From Lytechinus pictus (taxonomy: Eukaryota): 64,000 nt of DNA. Below, one piece after another: positions 26,501 through 39,840 of this stretch (the first letter of the stretch is position 1; every line of letters starts with the position of its first letter). A program made the position numbers and the translations under genes. The notes beneath the pieces were generated by a model that did not search any database, was not told the origin of the DNA, and saw only the letters and a program-made list of their open reading frames with translations. The stretch is from NCBI RefSeq assembly GCF_037042905.1, contig NC_087258.1:13454001-13518000 (forward strand). The letters run 5' to 3'.

Positions 26501-29500
26501 GTTATCTACATGATCGATATGGAAAAAAAAACTAACGGCATGTAGCTATTGGAAAAAATTACACATCGGCTTTTAAAGTTTTCAATATTTCCTCTCAAAA
26601 CTGGACGATTCAAATTACCACCAGAACAGTGACGTCAGATTTTGGGTCAGATGCGTCCTGACTAGCTGACAAAGGCATCATTACTTTCTTATTTGTTAAT
26701 CTGAATTTGTGTAACTGATTGATAAGCATATTCAAAACGAAGATAATATGATTATTCCTGTCAGATGAGATGGAACAAATCGATTGCGGACACATAATGA
26801 TTTTGATTTTTATGATAAACCATTTGCTGAATAAGCAACTTTATTGATTTGTGACTGTTGAACATTCCAACATTCAATTAAATAAAGTGCAAAATCAACG
26901 ACTTCTTTGCCATGGTAGACGTAGCTATATCTCTTCGTTAATGATAAATGACGATGCCAACTGACCACTGAAAAAATGAGTAGTTGCTCGTAAAAGATAT
27001 AGCAAGTTTGATAAGTGCTCGGTTAGCCTTCGTCAGTGATCTCGATCTCTTCCTTTGCGATAAGTGAATTTGTAACTCGGGAGATTATGAATTCACGGTA
27101 GTAAAACATGCATTATGATAGTTATGACAATGAAAACCAGTTCCTCTGTAGGTCAGTTTTCTGCCGGAGGCAGGCATTGAATAAAAAGCATTGGAAACCT
27201 TTACAATATACGTATGTACTCACGTTACAATTCTTGACCTTTTGTGAATCCAAAACGTGCATTAGGAATAGCAATTTGTCTTTAGCGATTATCATCTTCA
27301 TTGTCATTGTCATAACTGTGGAAGCTTTGGGGCATCAGCGTCTTCCGCGGCATGCAACAACACATTCCCAAGTGCACATTGCTCTATTTCAAATCAATTT
27401 TCATTTACTTTACGAGACTTTTCCTCCATCGCTGCAATCGCTTCTTCGGACGATGGATCCCTACCTTATTTATTGTTCCTTTACCAACCTTATAAAAATT
27501 GACAATGAAACATATTTTTGAACATGATTAACAGTCCAAAAGGGATTAGAGTTCAAAATAAAAGCAAACATAATTTCATCATTAACAACTTTATTCCATC
27601 TTGATTTATAAAAAAAAAATGAAATATTGTTACCGCTTTTCATAACTTAATGTCGTGAACATTAATTGTTTCAGACGTTTTTACAGAAAATAGATAACAA
27701 ATATCTTTGATAATTCAATTGTTTCATAATACTGTATGAATATGTTTCAATTACAATGAATGAATAAATTCAATTGTATTCAAAGAACTGGCGTTGCTAC
27801 TTTAAATAGAGATTTATGCAAGCACTTACAAACGAATGCAAACCACAATACTGTTCAAGATCTTGAAAAGAAAGGTAAACATGGTAAAGAATTTTTGGAT
27901 CAAACTTGAATCATGAACTACAAATCTGCTAATGCGCTCATGATTACCAACTTTGTGATCGAAATCCGATTACATACACAAAGCCCACACCCGAACGCAT
28001 CCACACATGTGAACACTCATCACACGCACGCAAACCCACCTCCCCACACACAGACACACAGACACACCCACACACACTGCACAATAAATGTACGCGTCCA
28101 CCCGCACCCTTGCTTACACAACCCTATATACACACACGCCAACGTTTAACTTATGAATACAAAAACAATCCAGCATCTTCAGTCGTTCTCAAACAGTTCG
28201 TGGTTATTTGGAAACCTATAACAAACTCCTCGAAACCTTGCCCTTGGTTCTCTGATTATTCCCTTACACGCAACTATACTTCTATTTATCGTGATCTAAA
28301 ACCACAATTATTCATTTATAATAACAGGGGTGAAAAAGTGGGATAAAAATTGATAAAGAGAATTGATACAAAATGCATGCGGTTCCCTGGTAGTGACGTT
28401 GTCTTAGATACTCGTGTTTATTCAATTCATTAAAATCATATAGAAAATTGAATAAGTATACGATATACAATAGTTGCACAACAGTCATAATATACAATAC
28501 CAACGATAAATAAATAAGGACACCTTTTACATTTTAATATAAACGACCATGACAATTGCTGGCTCACGGTTGTTTAAGTGTTGACCTTTCAAAATATAAT
28601 AGCTTTTCTCTTTCTCTTTAAATTAATGGTGGTGTTTCTTAAGTAAATATCCGTTAGTTCATTGCAAATGGTGCTTTTATTTTCTCTTTCGCACGCGATT
28701 AAGGAAGTGAGGGGGTTGTAAATGTGATGAGAGAGAACAAAAAAGAAATGCACCATTAATAAAAATCCATTTATGAATTTCTTTTGTGTCTGTGCGACAC
28801 CATACATTAGTTGTACGCACTGGCATTGGAGCGCGGGAAAAGAAACCTAAAACAAATACAAAGTACTTTCTCGATTCCCGGTCTGTCGTCTGCCGCGATC
28901 TCAACGGCAACTCCAATTAGGGCTTGGCTATTCATGCGGACATGTTAATCAAATCAAAGTCTATATCGTCGTCGTGGTCATGAGATGGAAAAGAGACGGA
29001 TGTGGACAACGAGGAGGGGGCGTATGTCATCAAACCATGCAATAGTCATGAGATGTGCTGAAACACGATATCTCCCTTTATACCGAGTTACTCTTTTATT
29101 CCCTCAAGGCAAAGATGTTGAACATTATTTTGTAAGGTTTATTCCTCTTGGGAAATATTGGATCAGAATTGTGCGAATCCGTGATCAATGACACGAATGT
29201 GATATGAAATAATGGTAAGCTTTATAATGTTTTAAGCAAGCTAAAAAGGTTCCTCGACTTGTTATCAAAGCCCTTACTTTTCCATAAAGAGGATCCGTTT
29301 TATTCGTGACTGTTTTTAGTTGCCTCTTCTTCTACCTATTCGTGTCGATTCAGGTGGATAGAAAACACAAGATGAAAGTTTATAAGACAATGCTCCTTTT
29401 AATTTCACTGTTACCTACCTTAGATAAATACACCTAAGCACGCCCTACCTTGTCCATCGCAAGCAATTGATAGTCTCAGTATTTGTCCTCACATAAAATT

Positions 29501-32453
29501 TAAAGTTACCACATGCACTAGCTGAACTGAACACACACCTTGTCATTTTAATTTGATCAAGGTTTACTCGACCCGTGTCGACAAAACAAGCCAAATATCT
29601 TTATCAAATTTTACCTGAGCAAAGTATGAAACACGGTGGGGTTCATCTCGCAATAATTGCACGGATTTATGGACGGTCACAAGCGTTATAAGTTGTCACT
29701 GAATGCGTTACGGGGATAAATCCAAGATAATTCTTTCAATCATCTCAAAAGAAAATGGAGGATCAACATCAGAGAGTGTTTACCTAGTTATGGCGCATCA
29801 AACCCAAACAAAATCTAGGAAGTAGATTTAAGAATATCACACTCTGAATTCTACGAACTCCTGATACTGTAATCACATCATCAACGGTCGTTAGATGTAA
29901 CCTGGTATTAAGCTCCTAAAAGTTTTAGTTGAGACGTAAAAACGTTGGTGCTGATTTAACACCAGTCCGGTATATATTACTTAAATTTTTCTTGGCCAAT
30001 GACGAGCTATATTTCTGTAGTATATATTATTGTTTGCTGCCAACACAAATTTTTAATTCACTATGCATAATTTACTTTTGGTAACATCAGTTAGTCCTCT
30101 GGCAGACAAGGTTTCAGCTTCTCAGCTATACAAAATTTGTTTGAATATTTTGCTGAACGTCTGACTACTTACTAGTTGAACTTATTAAAAAGCTGCTGCA
30201 AGTGCTTAAAAGCACAATTCAAGCTAAAGACATGAACCGTTACCATTTATGATAATGCCTTGGAAAACTATGAATGTACAATTAAGTCATTAAGTACATC
30301 ATTAAGTACACTTAAGTACACTTCTGAATAAATAATATTGATTGGTAGAACAATAAATTGTTGATGCTATTTGTGAATTTGTCATGTGTTTACTTGTATT
30401 TTTCCTCAGAGAGCTGGAATAAACGATGATATTAATGGGATATCCAAAATTCTACTGTATTATGTTAACTTTTAAAAGGGTAGAAAAGTCATAAAGTAAC
30501 AATTGAAATGCCACATCTGACAAACATCATTATAATAACGGCTTCACCAAATTGATTTCGGGTACTTATTTATGCAATTCCTTACAGAGCCATGCTTACT
30601 CTTCTGCCTGGCTTAATTATTTTCATTAAAATTAAAACAATATAAATGGTACAAACATGGCATAAATCAAACTGTGACGGAATACATAGAAAACATGACA
30701 ATATCATTTAGATATTCTATTAATGTTTCAGGTTATACTGATGGTACAATCTTTAAGGTTTTTTTTTTCATTTCATGCCGCTATAGCTGTATAGACACAA
30801 AATGTGTCCCAAAAAGCCCAACAAATTGTTTATGAATGCCGGAGCAGATTCGAAAATGGGTTAACGTACCTCAATTTATAGCGAGGATTACTATTCATTT
30901 TTATGAGATAACACAAATTACATCTGTCCATTATTCCATTATTCTACATAAAATCCCCATGGTCACTTTACCTTGTTTACGAAAGGTCTACTTCTATTCT
31001 CTGTTCGTCTCAAGAGAAATTGAAAACCAAAATTAATAGTTTGCGGGATATCGAGCGAATTTCCTCCATCTGGTTTTCATTTCTTGATGGTTCTCATTCG
31101 TGCAATATTCTTAAAATAAAGTCCATTCATCCATTGAACTAGATTAAACGATATAACTGCAAAATACAACTCTCTCGTATCTTCGATTTAACTCACCCGA
31201 ATCCTCTCGTATTGCTTTATTCTGTTATTCGGACAGTGGCGTAGCCGGAACCAAGTTATTGGGAGTGGGGTGCTTGGTGGATATTAGTATTTCAGGTTGC
31301 AGATCTATATATTACACTTCTTTGACAAAACGAAGCAAAGAAGAAAAAGAAAAGTGACATTTCCGGTAAAAGAGTAAACTGTGTCTGCTATTTAAAAAAT
31401 AGATGCCAATACGGGTATATCTCGTGGCAAGATCGGCATTTTTTCTGTGATAACTTGGCCAGGAAGATTTTTTTTAATGTAAAGATAGAAAAAAAAAAGT
31501 TTGATTAAGAACCCACTTGCTTCCCTTTGCTACCTTAAAGTAGAGCAATGTAATAAAAACGTCGGAACTCAGGTTTGCTCCATCGTGTAATATCAAATGA
31601 ACTGATAAGCTATAAAAAGATTATCGTGTGCTAATTACATACATTCATAAGTCAGTTGTTCCTAATTCATTATTGATTTCTGATTCTTATTCCTCTTCTT
31701 CCTCTTTATTCATTTCTCTACTTTGTTAACTTTGTTTTTGGCCATGCGATGGCGAGAGACGACACACACCCACATCCACACGGCTACGCCCATGGCTAGG
31801 TTGACAGCATCACCAGTGTTCACAGCGAGACTCCAGAGGCAAAAATCAATTTCTAATGTTGCCTTGGACAAATCTATGCAACGCACTTTAAGCGGACGCA
31901 TATATTCTTTTCATATTTTATATTCATTAAATGTCATTTCGGACGAGGAATGAATGAAACTGGATTAGTCTGATAACTTTGCAATCAAATTTCAGTCAAA
32001 TGTAAATCCTTTAATGGATACGCGACATTCACCATGTAATTTAAAACCGGATTTAGACGGAGAAAACAGACACTTTGTACCGTTTACCAAGGGCAACGAC
32101 TACGCCACGTTTTTATTTTCATACTGTCATCTGAATGGCTTTTAAAGTACGGTTAGGACACTGAACTATCGCAGCGAAAATATATTAATTTCTACGGACA
32201 GAACGGACAGCGGCTATCTGGAGCAATAAGTGCGAAACCGCATACACATTTTTTTGTAGATTACTCGATGCCCTAAATAAAATCAAAATCGATTTTTTTT
32301 TTTTTAATCACGGAAATACTAGATTATCGAGAGAACTAGTTTAAGCTATACCCTATTCATTACAAAAATGGCCTGTTACCTTCTATTTCGCCATATATTA
32401 AATATTGTCTTAAGATGTCTTTTTGGCCATAGTTACAATATAGTGTACATGTA

Positions 32454-32706
32454 CACTCTAAAAAATATTGGGTAAAAGCGCTCCATGAGGGCAATGATGT
32501 GTTCAACCAACATCGGGCATTTCTTTTGGGCATTTTTATTTATGTAGTGTGATGAAAATTTTGCCTATTCTAAAGTAATTGCTGCTTATTTTTTTAACCT
32601 CACTGGACAATATGCTTCCCGCATTGGGTAAAATACTGCCCAAAATTGGTTGGACACATAATTACCCTCGTGGTGGTAAAAATTTTACCCAATATTTTTT
32701 ACAATG
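32454..32706. mobile_element. EnSpm/CACTA-type MITE (second family)
   Basis: cactctaaaaaatattgggtaaaa...ttttacccaatattttttacaatg; TA flanks. Confidence 0.7.
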
Positions 32707-33047
32707 TAATTCTTTACAAATTGTCTTATCTACCCATGTCACTATTGTCAGAATTATCGCAGACTTAGCCAAGCAGCCATTCCGCATAATCATTTGTAGA
32801 TAGTGGAAGAATACAAGGAAAAGAGAACCTCGAGCACAACAATGTTCATGTGATGCCTGTATATTAGAAAAATACACCCCCTTTACTTGGCGTAGCAACA
32901 ATCATGAACCGAATTTCTTTCAAAGACATTTAGACAGGGATGGGGTGAAACGGCACCAGAAAGATGACATAAGCCATTCCTGGACCAGCCTGGTAATAAA
33001 ACTGAGGTACGTTGTATATCTGTAAGATGCCCTTCCAAGAATCTTAC

Positions 33048-33471
33048 CTCGGGATCGTTTCACTTATTTTCTGCTATTCATTGTTGATGGTATACAGTCT
33101 TTTATGGGATGTTTTCCTATTATGAGTGACAGCGCCATGAAGTTTGTTTTGTTAAGATTGCCCATTCCTTGGTGTTTACGCTACCACGTAGCTCGTTAAG
33201 TGAAAATCTTGATAATTACGATAGTTTACGATCTACCCTAGATCATGTAGATCTTGACAATAGCAAATATAATGCGCAGGACGTGTTAAGAGAACGCTCC
33301 GCTCTATACAGTGTGATTAAAATACCATGCATGTTGCGTTTGGGGAAGTACTTTCTTTTGAATGTTTAGGCGTCAGCGATGGGTGGTTTTTCTCCTCTCC
33401 GCTAAAATTGATGTCGCCATGTGGAGTAGGCGTACACTCGATCAAGCTTTCATTAAAATGAAGACGCCTTT
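33048..33471 (-). ncRNA. Candidate non-coding exon, antisense to the neuropeptide gene
   Basis: Pyrimidine tract plus ccgcttag acceptor, consensus donor GAG|gtaaga; no long ORF. Confidence 0.35.
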
Positions 33472-33599
33472 CTAAGCGGAATATTGAAGAGAAATAATGG
33501 GGGAGAATTGATTGGAAAAGTGACAATGAAGGGGAACGAAATAAATGAAATTTATTAGCGAATTCTGCACCTTCTCCCCCACATATAGACAGACAGAGG

Positions 33600-33730
33600 G
33601 AGGAGAAGGAAGAAGAAGAAGGAAAAAAGAAAAGAAAGAGAAGATGAGGAAGTAGTAGTAGACATGGTAGAAGGAGAAAAAAAGAAGGAGAAGAAGAAGG
33701 AGGAGGAGGAGAAGAAGAAGAAAAAGAAAT
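33600..33730. repeat. (GAA/GGA)-rich simple repeat
   Basis: Purine triplet repeats. Confidence 0.8.
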
Positions 33731-35901
33731 AGCATAAGTATGAAAAACCAAACAATCAAATTTGAGTCCTAGAACGTCCCAACTTTGGAACAACTGATTA
33801 TAACCGTAAGAGAAAAAGAAGAAGTAGAACGATGTGATGAAATTTAAATTACATTTAGCATAATTATAATGTGGCAGGCAACAGGCGTGTGAACGTCCGG
33901 AGCCAATCGGGGTATAGAGCGGCGCATTAATTTCGTCGACGATTTAGTCAGCAAACTCTGGACGAGGATCGGATTCCAAACCCTCGTATACTCGGTCGAG
34001 GTCAGATATAAACTGCCGATCGATTACGCCATGGTGCTGTACCATGACGTCATAATACTCCTCATGTCGCCCTCCGAATTGCACTTTGTCTCGCAGACGT
34101 TCGGCTAGAGCACTAGGATGAATTTTTCCTCGAATTTTGAATTTGAAAAGGGTCATTATGGGTTTTTAGTGGTTATTTGTATTCAGTTAGTTGTGAGACT
34201 TTGTTTTAGCGAGAGTTGGAGTATGAACTTACCGAATGTTGAAAAACCATTAGGGCCCCTCGTATCGTTGTCGTTATCTATACGTTGGTTGTTGAATACA
34301 AATCGAAGAATCCGCGGCTCAGTGCGGACTTGGCGCATTTAGTGCGTTTTGAACGCCCAATTTGAAGCCCACTTGAAAATCATCGCCAGAGTGCAAATCG
34401 AATGGGCTGCGGGGTCTTGAGCAGAGGAGAAGGCCTTTGCCGACGGTTCAAGTCTTATATCGATTTCACTGATGCCAGGGCAGTGACATATATTAGAAAG
34501 TCAGACGAGATTTAGAAAATCTATACCATCGAGATTTGTCATGTTGTTCTGGTCCTGGGGGATAAAATTCTTAACCCTTTCCATGTTGGATTTTGAATTT
34601 CACCGAGACCAGATATCGGAGTCACGTGGTTTCGGTAAAGAAGAGGATAAATCTTGTACACTTTAACTAGATGACTGAAGTGGCTTGTCACTTTATTGCA
34701 CGTAGTTTTGAACAGCGCCGATATTGTAATTACCACTTAAAAAACTCAACGTCTGATAAGTTTATTTATTAAATTATATCGGACACAAGCTGGCAGAAGA
34801 GAGAGAGAGAGAGGGGAAAGGAGAGGAGAGGAGTTTTTTAAAACTTAAACAACATTGAGAGAGGGGTGTAAAAAGGAGGGAGGTAATACACTGAAACCTG
34901 TCTAGAAAGACCACTCCAAAGATTCACGAAAAGTGGTCCTTATGAGCAGGTGCATGGTCTTAATGGCAAGGACCAAACACATTTCAAGTAAGAATTGTCA
35001 TACCATTCACCATTGCCACCACATCCCCTCATAGAATTCCCAAGCAATTAAACTCCACTTGGTTCCAAACGTGTACCCACAGGAAGCGGTGCATGCATAC
35101 ATGTACGTGAACAATACAAAACTTCGGTCAGTTACCTCCACACTGCAATAATCATATGCATAGGTTTTCAGGCAACGAACTATCGACTGCGACTGCACTT
35201 TTCTTTTTTTTCCTAATAAACGGTTATTTATACACACACGCTGGTATTATCGGAAAAAATCACAAAAACTCCCCCCTCCTGAAACATGATTACGTGCATC
35301 GAACCTAATTAGTTGAGTAACATAACCCCAACTGTCAAAATGAAATGCCAAAGTTTGCATTGGAGCGAAACAAAAACCCATCCGTCCATAATGAATTCAC
35401 AACAACAGTGGATGGGCAGTTCGATGTCCTGCGTCATGCCTGGTCTTAAAAGTTAAAAGACTTGCTTCGTTGTTTATGATTAAATTCCTGTTCTCATATT
35501 ATGTCATCTACTTTCTTTCCTTGTTCTGTATGGCGTAGACCCATTTAAGAAGCATCACCACTTTTAAATGAAAACAGAAACGGAACTAATTTAAATATTC
35601 TTTATGTCTGAGTTCTTCTATATACAAAATTCATTAACATACAACATGTACAACACTTTTCATGATGTACTTGCATGGAACGATCTCAATTTCAAAGTAA
35701 TGTTTAAATTAAGGCCTAAGGCCTGATTAATAGGCTTTAAGACCTAATTAATATCTAAGATCGGAATAATGATGGACTTCGCGGGATGGTAAGAGGTAGT
35801 GTGCAGTTTGACTGTCCTACATCAACACTCTTAATAATAACAACTCTGAAAAAGATAAGAGTTTAATGTTTTCCCAAATATTTTTGCTTTTTCATCTGCA
35901 G

Positions 35902-36396
35902 GACGGTCTCGATAACGATGACGCAATCGACGCAGAGAAGAGGTTTGGAAACCTGAACATGGAACCGCTACAATCCGGTTTCTACAAGCGATTCGGTGGC
36001 GGTATGAACATAGAACCGATGCAGAGTGGATTTTACAAGCGTTTCGGAAGCTCCCTAGAACCAATGCAAAGTGGATTCTTTAAAAGATTCGGCGGATCCT
36101 TCGACATGCAACCGATGCAGAGCGGATTTTACAAGCGATTTGGAAGTTCTCTGGAACCGATGCAAAGCGGATTCTTCAAGCGATTCGGAAGTTCCCTGGA
36201 ACCCATGCAAAGCGGCTTCTTCAAGAAAAACTTCGGAGGCGCAGTCGACTTGCCGATGCAAAGCGGATTTTACAAGCGATTTGGAAGCTCTCTGGAACCG
36301 ATGCAAAGCGGATTCTTTAAGAGATTTGGTGGCGGTTCAAATATGCAACCGATGCAGAGCGGTTTCTACAAGAGGTCACAAGACGAATCAGACTGA
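35902..36396 (+). CDS. PPLN2: Pedal peptide/orcokinin-like neuropeptide precursor (PPLN2-type), main coding exon, 5' incomplete
   Basis: Polypyrimidine tract plus ctgcag acceptor ending at 35901. The exon reads DGLDNDDAIDAEKR, then nine dibasic-flanked peptides (FGNLNMEPLQSGFY, FGGGMNIEPMQSGFY, FGSSLEPMQSGFF x4, FGGSFDMQPMQSGFY, NFGGAVDLPMQSGFY, FGGGSNMQPMQSGFY), an acidic tail SQDESD and TGA. Motif and tail match the S. purpuratus PPLN2 precursor as I recall it. Confidence 0.93.
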   Translation, partial: DGLDNDDAIDAEKRFGNLNMEPLQSGFYKRFGGGMNIEPMQSGFYKRFGSSLEPMQSGFFKRFGGSFDMQPMQSGFYKRFGSSLEPMQSGFFKRFGSSLEPMQSGFFKKNFGGAVDLPMQSGFYKRFGSSLEPMQSGFFKRFGGGSNMQPMQSGFYKRSQDESD

Positions 36397-37345
36397 ATTT
36401 TGGGCAATATAAGAGACAACTATTACATTTAAATAATAATCGTCAGTTCTATCCAACCTTTTTCACTCTCCTTCGCAAGATTCCATTGGTCCCCATTTTA
36501 TCTTTATTTCAATATTTAAATTATTAAGTCGGATTGATTGGAAAGTAATAAAAGTAATAAAATGGCGAGTATGTGTTGATATTTCGGGCAACAAATGAAG
36601 AGATTGAAATATATCAAGCTTATCACAATTATAAATAATTATTACCAAACTGTATAAAAGCACAATTTTTCATAAATGATAGATGCAAAATAAAGAGTGT
36701 TTCGTTATCATCATGATGTTTTCCGGACATCAAATTGTGAATTTCAATTTCTAACATTAGTCATGTTAGTAACAACATTGCTTTATCTCTTTTGTCAAAA
36801 AAAGATCTTGCTTTTAAGTCCTCTATAGAGTAGGCCTGTAATGTTCTTTCATTGTACCAAAAGTAATTACACCCCCCCCCCAAAAAAAAGGATGGAGAGA
36901 AAAACAATACAAATGTGACAAAAGTACATAATATTTTCTGGATGACAATGAAGGCCTAAACATTTACTTTTATATAATTTAAAATAAGGGAGAGCCCTTT
37001 TGAAAAATACGATTTTTTAAAAGAGTGAATTGTAAGGACATTTTATATTGGAAGGTTATGATAATTTTTTTTTCAGTGTTTGTTTTAGATGGATATATTT
37101 TATAAGGCTATAATGGTTCTCATTTCTTTACTAGAGTAATTACAGATGATATTTGCACACCTTCTAAAATATTGAATACTTGAATACCGCTCTTCAAATT
37201 TAATCATCTTAATACACAAAAGTAAAACCACACGCAAGATTCGGTGCACTGCAGTGTTTTCCGCTTCCTGTAAAAGCAAACATTATTGTGAAAGTCAAAT
37301 ATATAGCTTTTAATTTCCTTGTATATACATTTGCAAAATAAAAAT
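36397..37345 (+). other. Probable 3' UTR of the neuropeptide gene
   Basis: AT-rich sequence after the stop, with AATAAA at about 36546, 36555, 36689 and 37338. The true end is unknown. Confidence 0.45.
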
Positions 37346-38798
37346 ACATATTTCTATTTTCATCCATAGTCTAAGTTGTTTTGATAAGTTGAAATGTTTT
37401 GTAGAGCAGTGGATTTGTAATTGTTGCACTTTAAACTTCACTTTCATTCAATTAGTGCATGATTATTCACTACATAAGTCAGCAAGTGTTTCTATTACAT
37501 GAAAGACGATTAAAAAAATAAACGTATGATGTTAACGTGTACTGAACACGATGTTTTGCTAATAAGTAGGCCCTGTACTAAAATCATAACGTAAGCTCTA
37601 TCGAAAGATTAAAACAAGTGAAAATACTTTGAAACAAGCTTCAAAACATTGAGGTTTATTGATTTTATAAATTATCATTTCTTTTTTCTCATCCATGATA
37701 TCGGGTGAATCAGAGGAGGGGTTTACAATATCATTGATCACTCAAAATGTTGTTGATTCGTTGGAATAAAGATAAATGTATGGATAATGGATAATGAGTG
37801 CAATAATTGGTAACAATTATTGTCTTCAATGGGACTAATCTATAGGTTGTGGTCGATTATATTATGAATGGTCTCTCCTATATCTTACAATAGAGACGAG
37901 ATTGGAAAATAATTGATTGTGCAATATATTGAAATCTAGACTAAGATTTTGAAGAGAAAAATTAAGAGGACAGCAGTACAGTCTATATACCACACATTAC
38001 ATGATGATAGTATTTTAAAAAAATCATGTCTACGACTCCAAGTCCTTTTAATTTCTTAGAGAAATCGAGAATAGTTCCATGACTGCAGCCAGAGCTCTGG
38101 GGTGAAATTAGAGCAGAAGTCGAATGTCTCTGATTGAAAGGTTGATTATTCTGTAAACCCAGCCCTCTGGAGGGCAACATTTCCTCTTCTCTTCATCGTG
38201 TTGATGATATTCATAGCAGCATCCTTTATATGCATATAAATTGTCATGACGAAATTTCATAATGAAGTTATGTCACATTTGTCGCTCTGTCCTTTCTATG
38301 TCAGAATAACAAAAAACCAAAGCAATTACTTATTTGAAGTTCATTTACGTGGTGTGCATTGTGTTTATTCTTGTTTTTTGCTTCCTGTGAGAAAATCACG
38401 TTTAGAAAATGGTGGGTGAGCTTATTCAAGATCGAGACGCGTTAATGTTCCTTTTTAGCACAGATTTGAAGAGGTGGGTGGGAATGACATTAAAAAAATG
38501 CGATAGAATGAGTGAAGACGAAAAGTGGAAAATGTGGACCCAAAACGGAGGAGCTGAAAAGAGTGGAGAACGGAATTGATATTTGGGATGGAGAGACACG
38601 AATGAGGAGGAGTGAGAGACTGAGATATAGAAAAATACAAATGCGAGTGGATGTTTGCGTGTGTGTAAGGGCAAGTGTGCGCGTGAGGGTGTGTGTGTGT
38701 ATGAGGATGCTGGCTGGGTGCTTGTGTACTGTGTGTGCGTGTGCGTGTATGTATAAGATAGAGTAAGGATAAAAAAAGAGAAATAGAATACCATTTAA

Positions 38799-39371
38799 AG
38801 GGAAAATATTCATATCTACATAAATAGAGTAAAATTCACCAAGCAAAATGCTGGAAATTTCATCAACATCGGTTAACAAATAACGAAGTTATAGCAATAG
38901 TTTGTGAAAAAAAAGTTATATGCATGTCTTCATGAATATTCATTAGGGGGGCTGATTATGTCACATCCTCACTTTCATTTTTCTTATGTTATTACATGAA
39001 ATCATAACTGCTTTATTTTTTTCATACATGTGTGAACAGTGAGTCTCCTTTATAATGAAATGAGTTGCAGCAATGAATATATAATGCACTAAATCAGTTG
39101 TCGATCCAATTTTTTCAGTTATGGTAGAAAAAATTGAATAAACTTAATTTCGTATAATAAAATTACAAAATAACAAGTGGGGATATGACATCATCAATTA
39201 GCTCATTATTCATGAAGACATGCCTAGAACTGTTTTACCGGAAAATGCAAATGTTTGAAATGCCATAACTTTGTTATTCCTTGTCCGATTTTGATCAAAT
39301 ATTCAGTGTTTTGTTTGCCTAATTTTTCTTCATATGTTTAAATGATATTATTTTCAGCCGGGATCATCCTT
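38799..39371. mobile_element. Kolobok-like MITE, diverged subfamily
   Basis: TTAA flanks; subterminal ctg(g/a)aaatttcatcaa..atcgg motifs shared with the 41039 family. Confidence 0.6.
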
Positions 39372-39620
39372 TTAAAACAAAAAAATAAAGGTGCAGCATT
39401 GCACGGGGAATGACTTTGTCGTCAAACGGGTTAACCATAACTATAAATTTTGGTATTATGGATTGGTTACTCTTCAAACACTGTAGTTGCTCATTCCTTA
39501 TGTGGCACTATGCGATTTGGTATAGAACCCCCCCCCCCCCTCATCCCCCAATTTGGAGTGATGAAAAATTAAAAGACATCGCCGCGCGTGGTTCTATTAC
39601 ATCTTATAGAAGACAGACTT

Positions 39621-39840
39621 AGGGGGTGTTGCAAGAAAATATTTGCAATCAATCGCAAATATTCCGTTGCAATTTTACAATTGATTGATCACTTTTAACT
39701 ACAGCAAATCAGATTACACTCCTTGTTTCATGGAGCAGATTAGCAATCAATCGCAAATTTGCAATTAATTGCACGGCATATGCTTGATTTCGGGAACAAA
39801 AATTGACTTGCAATTGATCGCAAGTTTCTTGCAACGCCCC
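39621..39840. mobile_element. MITE
   Basis: ggggtgttgcaagaaa...tttcttgcaacgcccc TIRs. Confidence 0.65.

Noticed and set aside
34118-34342. 74-aa ORF with a hydrophobic stretch upstream of the peptide exon
   Set aside because: No convincing in-phase donor and no recognisable homology.
35866-35901. ORF-track start MFSQIFLLFHLQ as a signal peptide
   Set aside because: It is the intron polypyrimidine tract ending in cag, and it is too short for a signal peptide.
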